Shown: positions 62,594 through 64,000 of the stretch, one piece after another
How the letters are laid out: every line of letters starts with the position of its first letter
How positions within the stretch are numbered: the stretch's first letter is position 1
Origin: Octopus sinensis
Taxonomy: Eukaryota
DNA: 64,000 nt
NCBI RefSeq assembly: GCF_006345805.1
Contig: NC_043022.1
Span: 16,554,001 to 16,618,000 of the forward strand
Direction of reading: 5' to 3'
Program-made: the position numbers and the translations under genes
Notes under the pieces: generated by a model
Told to the model about the DNA's origin: nothing
Seen by the model: only the letters and a program-made list of their open reading frames with translations
The model's database searches: none

Positions 62594-63551
62594 TGTTAGT
62601 TATCATCAAGTTCATTAACATCAATATTGCCAGTTATATTGTTGATAATTATGGCTGTTTAGAGAAAGCAGGTCAAATTATTTCTTTATCCTAGTCATCT
62701 GGGTTTATTGCATCAGAATTACTTGACCCCTATCCCCCTATTTGGGGCCAAGTAAGTGCATGCCAATGAGATGAGTTAAAGCTTAATTATCAAACTGAAT
62801 TGTCCAAGAACCAAAGTTGACAGCTTCTGACTATGAGAGACACACAGACATCAAACATGTCTTTGAGAGAGTTGTGCATGTTACAAACTCTCTGTTTCTG
62901 CTACTCCTGTAAACTCCCGAATCATAATCTCTTCCAGAGCTCATCAGCAGCGAAGACTAATCAGAATTGTAATGATACATCTTAGCCATCTCAAATACTC
63001 CACACCATTTGTCACAACCAATTCAATGCCTTTTATCTTCACATAACTAATGGTAAAAAAAAATCAGAGAATGAGTTTTATTTATTTTTTTAATGATAAA
63101 CACAGAAAATAAAACATATATAACAGACAGAACAGCCTCCACCCCACCCTCCCTCGCTGCCATCAGAAGTTGAAGGATAACTTGGTTAATGAGAGATGAA
63201 ACTAATTGTGATGTTTACTGAAGTATATATGTATAATTAAAGGATTTCTCTTTGTGAAGTTTTATGGACTAATTGCTGCGAAAGTATCTGAAACTAAATA
63301 CTAAAATATAAAGTGTAGAAGTTAATTGGAGATGAAGATGATGATGATGCTATTGCTGATGGTGGTGGTGGTGGTGGTGGTGGTAGTGGTGGTAGTGACA
63401 GTGGATATCGTTTTATTTCATTGTGGCTTTTCTTTCTCTCTCTGGTTTTTTCAGATGTTTTTGCACTAAATCATAATTTATTAATTAATAAAACTGGTCT
63501 GATGTATTTAGTGAGAAGGCAAAATAAACATCAAAATGCTGGTTGTTGCTG

Positions 63552-63580
63552 TTATTATTATTATTATTGTTATTATTATT

Positions 63581-63615
<35 letters not shown>

Positions 63616-63655
63616 TATCATTATTATTATTATTATTATCATCATTATTATTACT
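63552..63655. repeat. (ATT)n/(ATC) microsatellite
   Basis: Direct inspection. Confidence 0.95.
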
Positions 63656-63955
63656 TATTTATTTATCTATATATTTTATTTATTTTTCTCACTATGAAAT
63701 AATAATAATGGATACAAAGATAAATATTTCTATAATTTCTTTAATGCTGATTTTTTTTGTATTTAAACAAAAATAAAAATAATAATAATCATTATTATTA
63801 TCATTATTATTATTATTATTGTTAGATTTACTGTCAAGTACTGAATATACATTAACAGTTTTCTGTTTGTATTTATTTATATGTTAAAAAACATCAACGA
63901 AATGAAATATATTGATAAATAACAATTAAAACTATTGTTGTTGTTGTTACTATTA

Positions 63956-64000
63956 AGGCAGGGTGCTGGCAGAATCATTGGAGCACCAGGCACAATGCTT
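63956..64000 (+). mobile_element. SINE family A head (cut by window edge)
   Basis: aggcagggtgctggcagaatcattggagcaccaggcacaatgctt. Confidence 0.65.

Noticed and set aside
62880-62952. Hammerhead-like CTGATGA...GAAAC..GTT on the minus strand
   Set aside because: Stem I does not pair and stem II needs several bulges
838-63776. Numerous ORFs rich in YI/HT/CV/LS/I/Y runs
   Set aside because: They are translations of (TA)n, (CA)n, (TC)n, (TATC)n and (ATT)n microsatellites, with no domain content

Overview
AT-rich, microsatellite-saturated eukaryotic non-coding DNA (intron or intergenic). No intact protein-coding gene is supportable: the ORF track is almost entirely simple-repeat or antisense-SINE translation. 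The repeat repertoire looks like an octopus (coleoid cephalopod) genome; this is my recognition of the repeats, not a database result. Contents: about 30 copies of tRNA-derived SINEs with at least three head types and interchangeable 3' tails; decayed RTE and CR1 LINE ends; a Tigger/pogo remnant; a mariner transposase fragment; hAT, mariner and TTAA (piggyBac-like) MITEs, some nested. The most notable signal is a set of short, ORF-less, Penelope-like elements. Several carry minimal type-I hammerhead ribozyme motifs (clearest at 9097-9131 and 62478-62522, minus strand), several end in (TA)n arrays, and some sit inside fold-back inverted repeats. Secondary highlights are a SINE/RTE-LINE shared tail visible within the window, TTAA MITEs of near-constant ~227 bp with unrelated interiors, and closely spaced inverted repeat pairs that could form dsRNA. 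All alignments and folds were done by eye, and coordinates of decayed copies are approximate.
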